DNA of 64,000 nucleotides from an uncultured Opitutales bacterium (GTDB lineage Bacteria; Verrucomicrobiota; Verrucomicrobiia; Opitutales; JAIRKQ01): NCBI GenBank assembly GCA_964577805.1, contig CAZOAG010000001.1, positions 27,033 to 91,032 of the forward strand, read 5' to 3'. Shown piece by piece: positions 55,017 to 64,000 of this stretch (position 1 is its first letter; each line of letters starts with the position of its first letter). The notes under the pieces were generated by a model. It saw only the letters and a program-made list of their open reading frames with translations, ran no database searches and was not told where the DNA came from. The position numbers and the translations under genes were made by a program.

Positions 55017-57017
55017 ATGTCAAAAGATTACATCCAAGACATGGAAAGGGTTGGTGAATTTTGTGATGATTTTGACATTTGTCAAGTCGTTGGTGATAGA
55101 AATTGTGATCTTATAGATGGTATTAGTCAGGTTGTTCAACGAGTTTGTCAGGCAGACGGAGCAAGGCACATTGTATGTGACATTGAATGTATGTTAGATG
55201 ATACTACATCTTTGATTGAAAGAGATGTAGCGCAGGTGGTAATGTCAGAAACTTCCAAGATCATAGATGATGTTTTATGGAATTTGTGCAGATGTTTTGA
55301 TGAAAATAATTTATCAATATACGTGGTGGCTATTTTCGTAAATAAAATGCTTCGTAATCTTTGCTCTAGTGACGAAAATACAAAACTTAAATTGTGCAAA
55401 AAAGTTTATAAGTTTATATTTATGCCACAAAACCATATTGCTGAAGATTCAATTCTTGGTGGAGTAAGATCAATTGATTGTTCAAGAAATAAAATTGTGC
55501 TAACAAAATCCTTGCTAGCATCATTTAGGGACAAAGAAGGTTTTGATTTTTCTCTGTTTGCTAAGCTCAATAAAATTTCGTTTGATTCTGATTGTGTGCC
55601 ACATGCAGATGCTGATCGATATAATTTTTGCCGTATGCATAAAATCGTCACGCAATTATTAGGCGAAGGTATTTATGTTGAAGAATTAGAACAGTTTATA
55701 AGGCTGGCAGATGAAGATCCGATAAGAGCATACGATAATATTGGAGTTGTCTCGGATGATGCGGAAATGTCGTATAAATTTTTTGGAGAGCTCGGGAAAA
55801 TCATATACGAAAAATTGTTGTCAGTTGTAACTCTCTTGAAAGATCGCGATATCGGTCTCCATATAGAGACTGGTTCATGGTTGGTTCATGATATTATTGC
55901 TGATATTTTTATATTGCCATTGGTAAATGTTTCTGAAGGTATTGATTTGGGAGTAAAAATTTTTCAATCTTTGAAGGAAGGAGGGATTGTTGCTTTTAAT
56001 GACAATCATTTTCGGGTTTTGATGCCGTCAAATGTCGAAGGGAGTTTACATGATGAATTATTTGCCAAGTTTCAACAATTTGGCATTTTTTTTATATTTC
56101 AATCAGAAGAGTTAGCAGAGCAAACACTGGTATCTGCCAAATTTTTAGCATCGATTGGTATGCAATTGCCAGCATTTATTGTAGAATTTGAACATGATGG
56201 AGAGAAGCAAATAGGAGGTCTTTCAAACACGATATGTGGTATCGAATTGAATAAAAAATTAAAAGATGAAATATACGAGATTAAGGACCTTAAAACTGGT
56301 ATGGTTGCCTTTGAAGTGCCACGTTCTCAAAAAACATTTTATCATGAAAATATACATCATGTGCGTCAAGTTGCTGGTGCTTTCCAGCAGGTAAGGCCTT
56401 GGATGCCAAGATGGAAAATATGGCCTGGAGTTGAAGATGGTGTAAAGCGTTCAATTGCTAATCAAATTAGTGAGTATGCATTGACAGAACACGAAGAATA
56501 TCTTGCAGAGTTTGGTGCTAAAATATTGTGCTGTTTGCAGATGGATGAAAATCCATTAAACTATATTACTGATAAAAAGTTATGGCGATTATATTACGAG
56601 CTTGGTGGTCCTGATTTTTCACAAGTCATCAATGATAAATTTTATAAAGATGATTATGATATTTTGAATGACGAAAATCGATATTATGGGTATTTGTCAG
56701 GATATCCAAAAAAGTTTGAAATAGATTTAAGTATGTTGGAGGACAAAGAAGTCGTTGTTAGTGGGTTGAGAGGTTTTAATGTTTTGAATAAAGAGAAATT
56801 GACAGATACTACAATATTGCCTACACCGCCATTGGGATATTGTTACACGACGGACAATGGAAAATTGCAATTAAAAATAGATGAAGATGTTTTGCGATCT
56901 CATGATTATGAATACTATGATCCAATATTCTGCAGATTGACAAATGGAACGCTGACATTGATGAAAACTGAGCCGCAGTTTAAACGGCATCTTGAATTGA
57001 TCAATAATATAAAATAA
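55017..57017 (+). CDS. Hypothetical 666-aa protein with an HExxH motif (possible zincin-like domain)
   Basis: Clean 2-kb ORF downstream of the tRNA. Contains FYHENIHHVRQ (HENIH at 56343-56357, His443) followed about 45 residues later by TEHEEYLAEFGAK. No signal peptide, and no family recognised with confidence. Confidence 0.4.
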   Translation: MSKDYIQDMERVGEFCDDFDICQVVGDRNCDLIDGISQVVQRVCQADGARHIVCDIECMLDDTTSLIERDVAQVVMSETSKIIDDVLWNLCRCFDENNLSIYVVAIFVNKMLRNLCSSDENTKLKLCKKVYKFIFMPQNHIAEDSILGGVRSIDCSRNKIVLTKSLLASFRDKEGFDFSLFAKLNKISFDSDCVPHADADRYNFCRMHKIVTQLLGEGIYVEELEQFIRLADEDPIRAYDNIGVVSDDAEMSYKFFGELGKIIYEKLLSVVTLLKDRDIGLHIETGSWLVHDIIADIFILPLVNVSEGIDLGVKIFQSLKEGGIVAFNDNHFRVLMPSNVEGSLHDELFAKFQQFGIFFIFQSEELAEQTLVSAKFLASIGMQLPAFIVEFEHDGEKQIGGLSNTICGIELNKKLKDEIYEIKDLKTGMVAFEVPRSQKTFYHENIHHVRQVAGAFQQVRPWMPRWKIWPGVEDGVKRSIANQISEYALTEHEEYLAEFGAKILCCLQMDENPLNYITDKKLWRLYYELGGPDFSQVINDKFYKDDYDILNDENRYYGYLSGYPKKFEIDLSMLEDKEVVVSGLRGFNVLNKEKLTDTTILPTPPLGYCYTTDNGKLQLKIDEDVLRSHDYEYYDPIFCRLTNGTLTLMKTEPQFKRHLELINNIK

Positions 57018-57252
57018 TGAATTGCTTTAAGCAAGTTCTACGAATGTTATTGTTTGGTCATTTTTGTAATAAAATTTATCCAGTTAGTTTTGATTGTTAA
57101 AAACGTCATTAATTGTTATTAATTTTGTGAATTATTTTGTTTTTCAACATATAGCTTGTGCGATGTGATCTAAATTTGTGCTGTACATTTAAACATATAT
57201 TGAGTTTGAATATCCTTGCGTCGTGGCGTCTTTAGGTTTTATTGACTGACCC

Positions 57253-59829
57253 ATGGGAGCAAATTGCAAACACTATGATTTTAATTCGATAGAACAGTTT
57301 TGGCAGGACTATTGGGATGTTAATGGTGTTTTTCTGGCGAAGGAGGATAGTTCAAAAGAAAAGTTTTATATTTTAGATATGTTCCCTTATCCTTCAGGTG
57401 CTGGATTGCATATTGGGCATCCTGAAGGATATACTGCATCTGATATTTTAGGGCGATATAAGCGAGCGTGTGGGTATAATGTATTACATCCAATGGGGTG
57501 GGATGCATTTGGTTTGCCAGCAGAGCAACATGCTATTCAAACAGGTATCAATCCTGCTGATAATACTGAACAGAATATTGCTGTGTTTAAGCGGCAAATA
57601 AAACGTATTGGGTTTGCGATAGATTGGTCTAGAGAAATAAATACAACAGATCCGAAATATTTTAAATGGACACAATGGATATTTTTGCAGTTGTTTAAAC
57701 ATGGATTGGCATTTGTCGATGAACGGCCAGTATGGTGGTGTGAAGATTTGAAGGCAGTGCTTGCGAATGAAGAGGTGATCAATGGGCGGTCAGAGCGTGG
57801 AAATTTTCCAGTACAAAGAAAAAATCTTAGACAATGGGTATTACGCATAACGCAATATGCCGATAAATTGATTGAGGGATTAGAAGATATTGATTGGCCG
57901 GAGTCGACAAAACGGCAGCAAATGGCATGGATAGGGAAGTCAGAAGGTGCAGAAATAAGATTTTCTATAGATGGTTTTGATGAAGAAGTGACTGTTTATA
58001 CAACGCGGCCAGATACAATATTTGGTGCGACGTTTTTAGTGTTAGCTCCAGAACATCCATTATTGAAGAAAATTGTAGCACCATCATATTGTGATGACGT
58101 TAAAAAATATATTGAAAAATCCCAAAGCAAGAGTGATCTAGAACGTACTGATCTGGCAAAAACAAAGACAGGTGTTCCGACTGGTGCTTACGCTGTTAAT
58201 CCGGCGACAGGAAGAAAAATAGAAATTTGGGTGGCGGATTATGTTCTTATGAGTTATGGCAGTGGTGCTATAATGGCAGTCCCTGCGCATGACAATAGGG
58301 ATTATGATTTTGCAAAAGTATATGATATTCCAATAATTCAAGTAATAAGCGATTGTTCTGGAAATAATATATTGCCGTATACTGGCGATGGTATACTGAT
58401 AAACTCTGGTGAGTTTAGTGGCCTTGGTGTTAATGATGCTAAACAAAAAATCATTAAAAAATTGCATAGTGCATGGAAAGCAGACCATAAAACAAATTAT
58501 AAGTTAAGAGATTGGTTGTTTTCACGTCAACGGTACTGGGGAGAGCCTATTCCTATAGTGTGGGTAGAGGAATGTGACTATAATAAAATATTATCGTTGG
58601 AGAATTCTGTCTTTAAAGGTTTGTTGCCATCAAAGCCAGTATCTTATGAAAAAGAGGGTGTGCGGTTTTGTGCACTTCCATTAGTACCAGAACAATTGCC
58701 GTTAAAATTACCATCGACGAATAATTATTTGCCATCATCTGATGGAGAAAGTCCTCTGGCGAATCTTCCAGAATGGTTGAATGTAAAAATTAATATTGTT
58801 GATGGAAATATTGTACAATCGAATATTTTTGCCAAATCCCAATATGACGGTGAATGGATATCTGGCCGGCGGGAGACAAATACCATGCCACAATGGGCAG
58901 GATCTTGTTGGTATTATTTGAGATATTTATCTCCAAATTGTCAGCATGCATTGGTATCCGAAGAAGCAGAACGATATTGGGGATCGCCAGATTTTTATAT
59001 TGGTGGTGCGGAACATGCTGTCCTTCATTTACTATATGCACGATTCTGGCATCGGTTTCTATATGACATTGGGATTGTTCATACAAAAGAACCATTTTCT
59101 AAACTATTTCATCAAGGGATTATTCTTGGTGAAGATGGGTCGAAAATGTCGAAGAGCCGTGGTAATGTAATCAATCCAGATGATATTATCAAAGAATATG
59201 GCGCTGATGCATTACGAATGTATGAAATGTTCTTGGGGCCATTAGATATGATGAAGCCATGGAGTGAACGTGGTATCGAAGGTATGGCTCGTTTTTTAAG
59301 GAAGATTTGGCGTGCTTACATCGATGATGATGGGAAATTGCGCAATATATCATTAGAGGCTACTGTTGATGATGAACGTGGCATGCATGATATGATAAAG
59401 AAAGTGACAGAGGATATTGAGTCATTAAAGTTCAATACCGCAATATCACACCTTATGGTCGGGTTAGGTGTCATGAATAAAGATAATGGCATGAATCGTA
59501 TGTTTGCAGAAAATTTTTTAAAATTATTAGCCCCATTTGCCCCTCATATTGCAGAAGAATTGTGGTCGCGTTTAGGATATAGTGGCAGCATAGTGGATGC
59601 AGGATGGCCACAATATGATGACAGTAAATTGGTCAATAATAATGTAAAAGTTATGATTCAGGTAAATGGCAAGTTGCGATCTGAATGCATGGTTGACATC
59701 AATTGTTCTGAAGACGCCGTCCGAGACATTGCAATCGAAGATCCTGTTGTGCAAAATTTTATTACCGGGAAAAATATTGTAAAAACTATTTATGTTCCAG
59801 GAAAAATTTTTAACATTGTCACTCGTTAG
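57253..59829 (+). CDS. leuS: Leucyl-tRNA synthetase
   Basis: HIGH motif (GLHIGHPEGY), KMSKS motif (KMSKSRGN) and a CP1 editing insertion. 858 aa. Confidence 0.96.
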   Translation: MGANCKHYDFNSIEQFWQDYWDVNGVFLAKEDSSKEKFYILDMFPYPSGAGLHIGHPEGYTASDILGRYKRACGYNVLHPMGWDAFGLPAEQHAIQTGINPADNTEQNIAVFKRQIKRIGFAIDWSREINTTDPKYFKWTQWIFLQLFKHGLAFVDERPVWWCEDLKAVLANEEVINGRSERGNFPVQRKNLRQWVLRITQYADKLIEGLEDIDWPESTKRQQMAWIGKSEGAEIRFSIDGFDEEVTVYTTRPDTIFGATFLVLAPEHPLLKKIVAPSYCDDVKKYIEKSQSKSDLERTDLAKTKTGVPTGAYAVNPATGRKIEIWVADYVLMSYGSGAIMAVPAHDNRDYDFAKVYDIPIIQVISDCSGNNILPYTGDGILINSGEFSGLGVNDAKQKIIKKLHSAWKADHKTNYKLRDWLFSRQRYWGEPIPIVWVEECDYNKILSLENSVFKGLLPSKPVSYEKEGVRFCALPLVPEQLPLKLPSTNNYLPSSDGESPLANLPEWLNVKINIVDGNIVQSNIFAKSQYDGEWISGRRETNTMPQWAGSCWYYLRYLSPNCQHALVSEEAERYWGSPDFYIGGAEHAVLHLLYARFWHRFLYDIGIVHTKEPFSKLFHQGIILGEDGSKMSKSRGNVINPDDIIKEYGADALRMYEMFLGPLDMMKPWSERGIEGMARFLRKIWRAYIDDDGKLRNISLEATVDDERGMHDMIKKVTEDIESLKFNTAISHLMVGLGVMNKDNGMNRMFAENFLKLLAPFAPHIAEELWSRLGYSGSIVDAGWPQYDDSKLVNNNVKVMIQVNGKLRSECMVDINCSEDAVRDIAIEDPVVQNFITGKNIVKTIYVPGKIFNIVTR

Positions 59830-59838
59830 TACAAACTT

Positions 59839-60987
59839 GTGAAATTATATCGCAAATATATCTTTTTTGAAGCATTGATTGCTTGTGGTGTGTCGATATT
59901 GTTATTTGTTGCAGTATTGCTCATAGGTAATGCCATGCGTGATATTGTTGACTGGATGGCTGCTGGCAGATTGACATTTTGGGATACATGCAAAATTCTT
60001 GCAATACTTGTTCCATCAGTGGTTTCATATGCATTGCCATTAGGAATAATGACAGGAACATTGATTGTTATTGGCAGGATGTCATCACAAAATGAAATTG
60101 TTGCAATGAAAAGTGTGGGGATTAGTTTGCATGATATTGCGCTCCCAATTTTCAGTTTGGCTGGCGTGGCGGTATTCGCTGCTATGTATATCAATCTATA
60201 TTATGCGCCGGATTCTATAACAAAATATCGGATGTCATTTCGAAAAATTGTACAAGAAAAACCAATGAGTTTTATTGTGCCAAAAACATTCAATGATTAT
60301 TTTAAGGGATATGTTGTTTATGTTGACATGTTAATCAATGATGAATTCAGAGATATGAAAGTTTGGCAGTTTGATGATGTGGGACATATTGATACATATT
60401 TGACTGCTAAGAGCGGTACAATTCATTATGATAATGATGAAGGTATGTTTGTATTAAATCTTCATGACGGAAATGCAGAACATTTTAATGCAAAAAGTAG
60501 TGTTAATAATGATGGTCAGAAGGTGCCTCACATGATGTCATTTCAAAATATTGCAATTAATTTGCCGGCAAAAGATATTATTGGGGAACAGGCAGTTGCT
60601 AAAAAGAAATATCGACATATGACGTTGAGTGAATTACTTCTGTCGAAGGATCAATTGAATAAAAATGTTTCAAATCTTGAATATCAAGAAATACGACATC
60701 AAAAAACATTAATCAATATGCAAATCAGCAGCAGTGTAGCGAGTGCTGTTGGTATTGTTTTGATGGCATTATTAGCAGTGCCATTGGGGTTGAAATCTAA
60801 CCGAGCTGACAAAGCATTTAATGTTGGCATTGCTATGTTTTTATGTTTTAGTTACTATTTTGTCATGGTGATGTTTTCTTGGTTGGGTGATACTACTAGA
60901 TTGCGACCAGATTTAATGATTTGGATGCCGAATATTGTATTAGGTGTAACTGGTATATGTTTATTCCGTCGAGCATTGCAAAATTGA
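59839..60987 (+). CDS. LPS export ABC permease, LptF/LptG (YjgP/YjgQ) family
   Basis: GTG start. The N-terminal pattern LYRKYIFFEALIA..., LVPSVVSYALPLGIMTGTLIVIGRMSSQNEIVAMKSVGISL is typical. It has a periplasmic beta-jellyroll insert and three C-terminal TMs. Confidence 0.75.
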   Translation: MKLYRKYIFFEALIACGVSILLFVAVLLIGNAMRDIVDWMAAGRLTFWDTCKILAILVPSVVSYALPLGIMTGTLIVIGRMSSQNEIVAMKSVGISLHDIALPIFSLAGVAVFAAMYINLYYAPDSITKYRMSFRKIVQEKPMSFIVPKTFNDYFKGYVVYVDMLINDEFRDMKVWQFDDVGHIDTYLTAKSGTIHYDNDEGMFVLNLHDGNAEHFNAKSSVNNDGQKVPHMMSFQNIAINLPAKDIIGEQAVAKKKYRHMTLSELLLSKDQLNKNVSNLEYQEIRHQKTLINMQISSSVASAVGIVLMALLAVPLGLKSNRADKAFNVGIAMFLCFSYYFVMVMFSWLGDTTRLRPDLMIWMPNIVLGVTGICLFRRALQN

Positions 60988-60988
60988 T

Positions 60989-62053
60989 ATGAGTTCATTA
61001 TCACAAATATTGGCATTAAAACATGCAGTTGTAGGGTTCGATGGTTTTGTAGATACATTAATGCGTGCGGTAGATAAGCGTATCGGGAAAGATGTCATAA
61101 CGATAGATACAATTCATGATTTTGGAAATCGAATATTGTCTGCTACTGGAAAAAGTACTAACATCGAACTAATCCGTCAAAGTACAAGGATAGGAGGGAA
61201 CGGGCCGTTGTTGTCGCAGGGACTATTAACCCTTGGTTTAAGTGTTGATTATATTGGTACATTGGGAGATTATAGAAATAATATTTTTAATAATTTTGGG
61301 CAGGCAACACATGCAATATCCATTGGTGATTATAGCGAAACACGAGCAATAGAATTCCATGATGGGAAATTATTATTGGGGGAAATGGAACCGTTGATAT
61401 ACACTGATGTAGAGCGGTTAAAAAATGCTATATCTGCACACGATATAATATCATTGATCGATAAATCTGATATTTTTGCTGCTACCAATTGGACAATGAT
61501 GCCGCATATGACGGATATAATATCGTTTTTCGTGTCAGATGTTTTGCCATATTGTACGTCGTCGGACAGAGTTATATTTTTTGATTTGGCAGATCCACAA
61601 AAACGACGACGTGAAGAATTGTTAGACTTTTTGAAAATTATTACACGGTGTGATCAATTTGGTCGTGTAGTTTTAGGGTTAAATGTAAGAGAAGCTGAAC
61701 AAGTATTGCGAGCATTACGGATAGATATTGCTATGTCAGAATCAAAGAATGCCATGTTAAACGCTTGTTCAATGATCCGTGAAGCTTTGTCATTGAGTGT
61801 GGTATTTATTCATGGTGTAAAAATGTCAGTTGCGGCGGATAAGAATAATCGATGTTCTGCATCAGGATATTATGTTGAATGTCCCAAATTATCAACAGGG
61901 GCAGGAGATCATTATAATGCTGGATTTTTAGCAGCTTATGTAGCGGATCGATGTTTAGACGATGTTGTTCATTTTGCATCTGCTACTGCTGCATTATATG
62001 TAAGCACAGGACAATCACCTGATGTATTAGCTGTAGAACATAGGATGTTATGA
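60989..62053 (+). CDS. Ribokinase/PfkB-superfamily sugar kinase, specificity unknown
   Basis: Contains GGNGPLLSQGL (sugar-binding lid region) and the C-terminal TGAGDHYNAGFLAA (PfkB signature 2, DTxGAGD). Confidence 0.55.
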   Translation: MSSLSQILALKHAVVGFDGFVDTLMRAVDKRIGKDVITIDTIHDFGNRILSATGKSTNIELIRQSTRIGGNGPLLSQGLLTLGLSVDYIGTLGDYRNNIFNNFGQATHAISIGDYSETRAIEFHDGKLLLGEMEPLIYTDVERLKNAISAHDIISLIDKSDIFAATNWTMMPHMTDIISFFVSDVLPYCTSSDRVIFFDLADPQKRRREELLDFLKIITRCDQFGRVVLGLNVREAEQVLRALRIDIAMSESKNAMLNACSMIREALSLSVVFIHGVKMSVAADKNNRCSASGYYVECPKLSTGAGDHYNAGFLAAYVADRCLDDVVHFASATAALYVSTGQSPDVLAVEHRML

Positions 62054-62673
62054 GTGGTATTTTTATTACATTTGAAGGGATAGAAGGTTGTGGGAAAAGC
62101 ACTCAAATTGCTTTACTTCATGATTGGTTGGTGTCATATGGATGTTCTGTTGTGATAACTCGTGAACCGGGTGGCACTGAGATAGGTGAGAGTATACGTG
62201 AATTGTTGCGAAGAGGCAATAAGAATGATATTTTTTCATCACGTGCAGAATTGTTATTGTTTGAGGCTAGTCGTGCACAGCATATGGAAGAAATAATATT
62301 GCCATCATTGAATGCAAATATGGTAGTATTATGTGATAGATTTTTTGATTCTACTGTTGTATATCAAGGTGTTGCTCGAGAAATACATCCTGATGCTGTT
62401 GAATTTTTAAATAAATTTGCTACTTTCGATAAAGTTCCTGATTGGACGGTATTGTTGGACATTACTGTTGGGGAAAGTGAAAAACGGTTATCATTGCGGA
62501 ATACTGTAAAGGATCGTATAGAACAAGAAAATGGTATGTTTTTTGAAAAGGTTCGCAGTGGTTATCTAAAAATTGCTAATTGTAATGATCGATTTAGTAT
62601 TATGAACGGTCAACATGACAGCAATATGATACATGAGGAGATATGCAATGAGTTTAAACGACGTTTCATGTGA
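62050..62673 (+). CDS. tmk: Thymidylate kinase
   Basis: Contains FITFEGIEGCGKSTQ (P-loop), REPGGT and DRF.DST.VYQG. ATGA overlap with the upstream gene. Confidence 0.92.
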   Translation: MSGIFITFEGIEGCGKSTQIALLHDWLVSYGCSVVITREPGGTEIGESIRELLRRGNKNDIFSSRAELLLFEASRAQHMEEIILPSLNANMVVLCDRFFDSTVVYQGVAREIHPDAVEFLNKFATFDKVPDWTVLLDITVGESEKRLSLRNTVKDRIEQENGMFFEKVRSGYLKIANCNDRFSIMNGQHDSNMIHEEICNEFKRRFM

Positions 62674-63523
62674 AAATATCTCGAAATGTGATGTCATTGG
62701 TAATATTCTTAGCAGACCAATATTTGGTTCGTATTTGTTGGTCGGCAATGATGTTGATACATTGCAACATTCTGCCGAGCGTATTGCATGTTCTGTCTTA
62801 AACTTTAATAATTTAGAAAATTGCGTAGATTTATTTACGGTAATGCCATCTGGTGCTATGCGGCAAATTTCAGTTGATGACATACGTAATTTATGTCGAT
62901 CGATTGCACTGTCTCCTAAAATGTCAGATAAGAAATGTGCTATTATTTGTGATGTTGATAGAATGAATACTGCTGCTGCAAATGCATTTTTAAAAACATT
63001 AGAAGAACCGCCATTGGATACAGTTATCATATTGACTACAACAAAATCTAATAATGTTTTGCCGACGATAGTTAGTCGATGTTTGATGGTGCGTATTCCT
63101 TCTTTTTTGACATATTCATATGATGCTGTTGTTAAAGATTGGCTTTCTGAGTATACAGCATGGTTAGATGAGAATATTCATAGAGGATGTGATGACAACA
63201 ATCATCGTGTGATTCGTATGTATAGATTACTGACATCATTGGAGTCCATTTTTTTTAAAAGTGTTGATGAATATGTTAGAAACGGCAATTCAGAGTCTGA
63301 AGCGAAAAGAATAGTGTCAGAATGGTTATTTGGTGTGATGATTAACGGCATACGTGATTTTTTCGAAAAAGACATAGAGAATATTGGATGTTTTTATAAA
63401 ATAGTGGAATGCCTAGATGCGAAATATCGACTATTTTCATTAAATATTGGGTTCATGATATGTGCGGAATCATTTTTGATAGAAGTTTTTTGTATGTTTA
63501 ATGAACAAAAAAAGGGGGATTAA
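62633..63523 (+). CDS. holB: DNA polymerase III delta' subunit
   Basis: Contains AAANAFLKTLEEPP and TIVSRC, and follows tmk as in many bacteria. The start is uncertain; ATG at 62648 is an alternative. Confidence 0.75.
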   Translation: MRRYAMSLNDVSCENISKCDVIGNILSRPIFGSYLLVGNDVDTLQHSAERIACSVLNFNNLENCVDLFTVMPSGAMRQISVDDIRNLCRSIALSPKMSDKKCAIICDVDRMNTAAANAFLKTLEEPPLDTVIILTTTKSNNVLPTIVSRCLMVRIPSFLTYSYDAVVKDWLSEYTAWLDENIHRGCDDNNHRVIRMYRLLTSLESIFFKSVDEYVRNGNSESEAKRIVSEWLFGVMINGIRDFFEKDIENIGCFYKIVECLDAKYRLFSLNIGFMICAESFLIEVFCMFNEQKKGD

Positions 63524-63526
63524 ATA

Positions 63527-64000
63527 ATGGAAGCGATTTTATCACGACATAGTGTCAGGCGATATAGCAATAATGAAATACCAGAGTCGCAACTGATGGA
63601 AATTTTACATGCAGGGATGTCAGCACCATCTGCTATGGGATCTCGTCCATGGCATTTTGTTTTAGTGACTGATAGGGCACGTTTGGATGGCGTGTCGGAA
63701 ATTCATCCGTATGCACAAATGAGTAAACAGGCAACAGCAGGAATATTAGTATGTGGAGAGCCATCAAAAGAACATTATGAAATGTATTTTCAACAAAATT
63801 GTTCAGCTGCTGTTGAAAACATTTTAATCGCAATATCATCATTTGGTCTTGGTTCTGTTTGGGTAGGATTATATCCAAACGCTACTCATGTTAAAAACTT
63901 CAAAGAATATTTTAAGCTGCCTGAGGGGATAGAGCCATTTGCATGGCTACCAATCGGTCATTTGTTAGAACCAGCGAGCCCTGACAATCGTCTTGACTTA
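63527..64000 (+). CDS. Nitroreductase-family protein (3' end outside window)
   Basis: Not in the ORF track because it runs off the window end. I translated it by hand: MEAILSRHSVRRYSNNEIPESQLMEILHAGMSAPSAMGSRPWHFVLV...SAAVENILIA...GLGSVWVG. AAAGGGGGA Shine-Dalgarno upstream. Confidence 0.8.
   Translation, partial: MEAILSRHSVRRYSNNEIPESQLMEILHAGMSAPSAMGSRPWHFVLVTDRARLDGVSEIHPYAQMSKQATAGILVCGEPSKEHYEMYFQQNCSAAVENILIAISSFGLGSVWVGLYPNATHVKNFKEYFKLPEGIEPFAWLPIGHLLEPASPDNRLDL

Overview
AT-rich bacterial chromosome segment (about one-third G+C by eye, not computed). It is densely coded, with about 58 protein genes and 3 tRNAs. I saw no rRNA, CRISPR array, transposase or prophage genes. TGA, TAA and TAG all act as stops, so the standard code applies. 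Most genes are housekeeping: glmS, uppP, rpmB, serS, proS, gatB, lptD, miaA, atpBEFH, def, recA, xerC, tatD, rpoN, secA, mnmA, lgt, smpB, rpoZ, xth, thrS, recD2, pntB, leuS, an lptF/G-type permease, tmk and holB. The main accessory content is a non-flagellar type III secretion system (injectisome) split into two separate fragments. One fragment is sctJ, a K-position ORF, sctL, sctN, sctO and sctP (41.6-46.7 kb). The other is an SctQ-like gene, a second SpoA-domain gene with a very large poly-acidic insert, and sctR (17.8-20.2 kb). No secretin, needle, sctD, sctV, sctU, sctS, sctT or translocon genes occur in this window. Scattered around are orphan ORFs that could be effectors or accessory factors: a class-3-lipase-like protein, a 666-aa protein with an HExxH motif next to a tRNA, a Fic-fold protein with a fully degenerate active site next to a tRNA, a stand-alone FliO-like gene, and a secreted 855-aa helical-repeat protein. 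Also notable are an atp operon that stops after a shortened delta subunit and a lone pntB. All family assignments rest on motif and pattern recognition from the translated ORFs and on synteny; no database search was run. Scattered T3SS loci, orphan genes, long AT-rich spacers and a non-proteobacterial-looking RpoZ suggest a host-associated, possibly PVC-like bacterium. That taxonomic placement is a weak inference.
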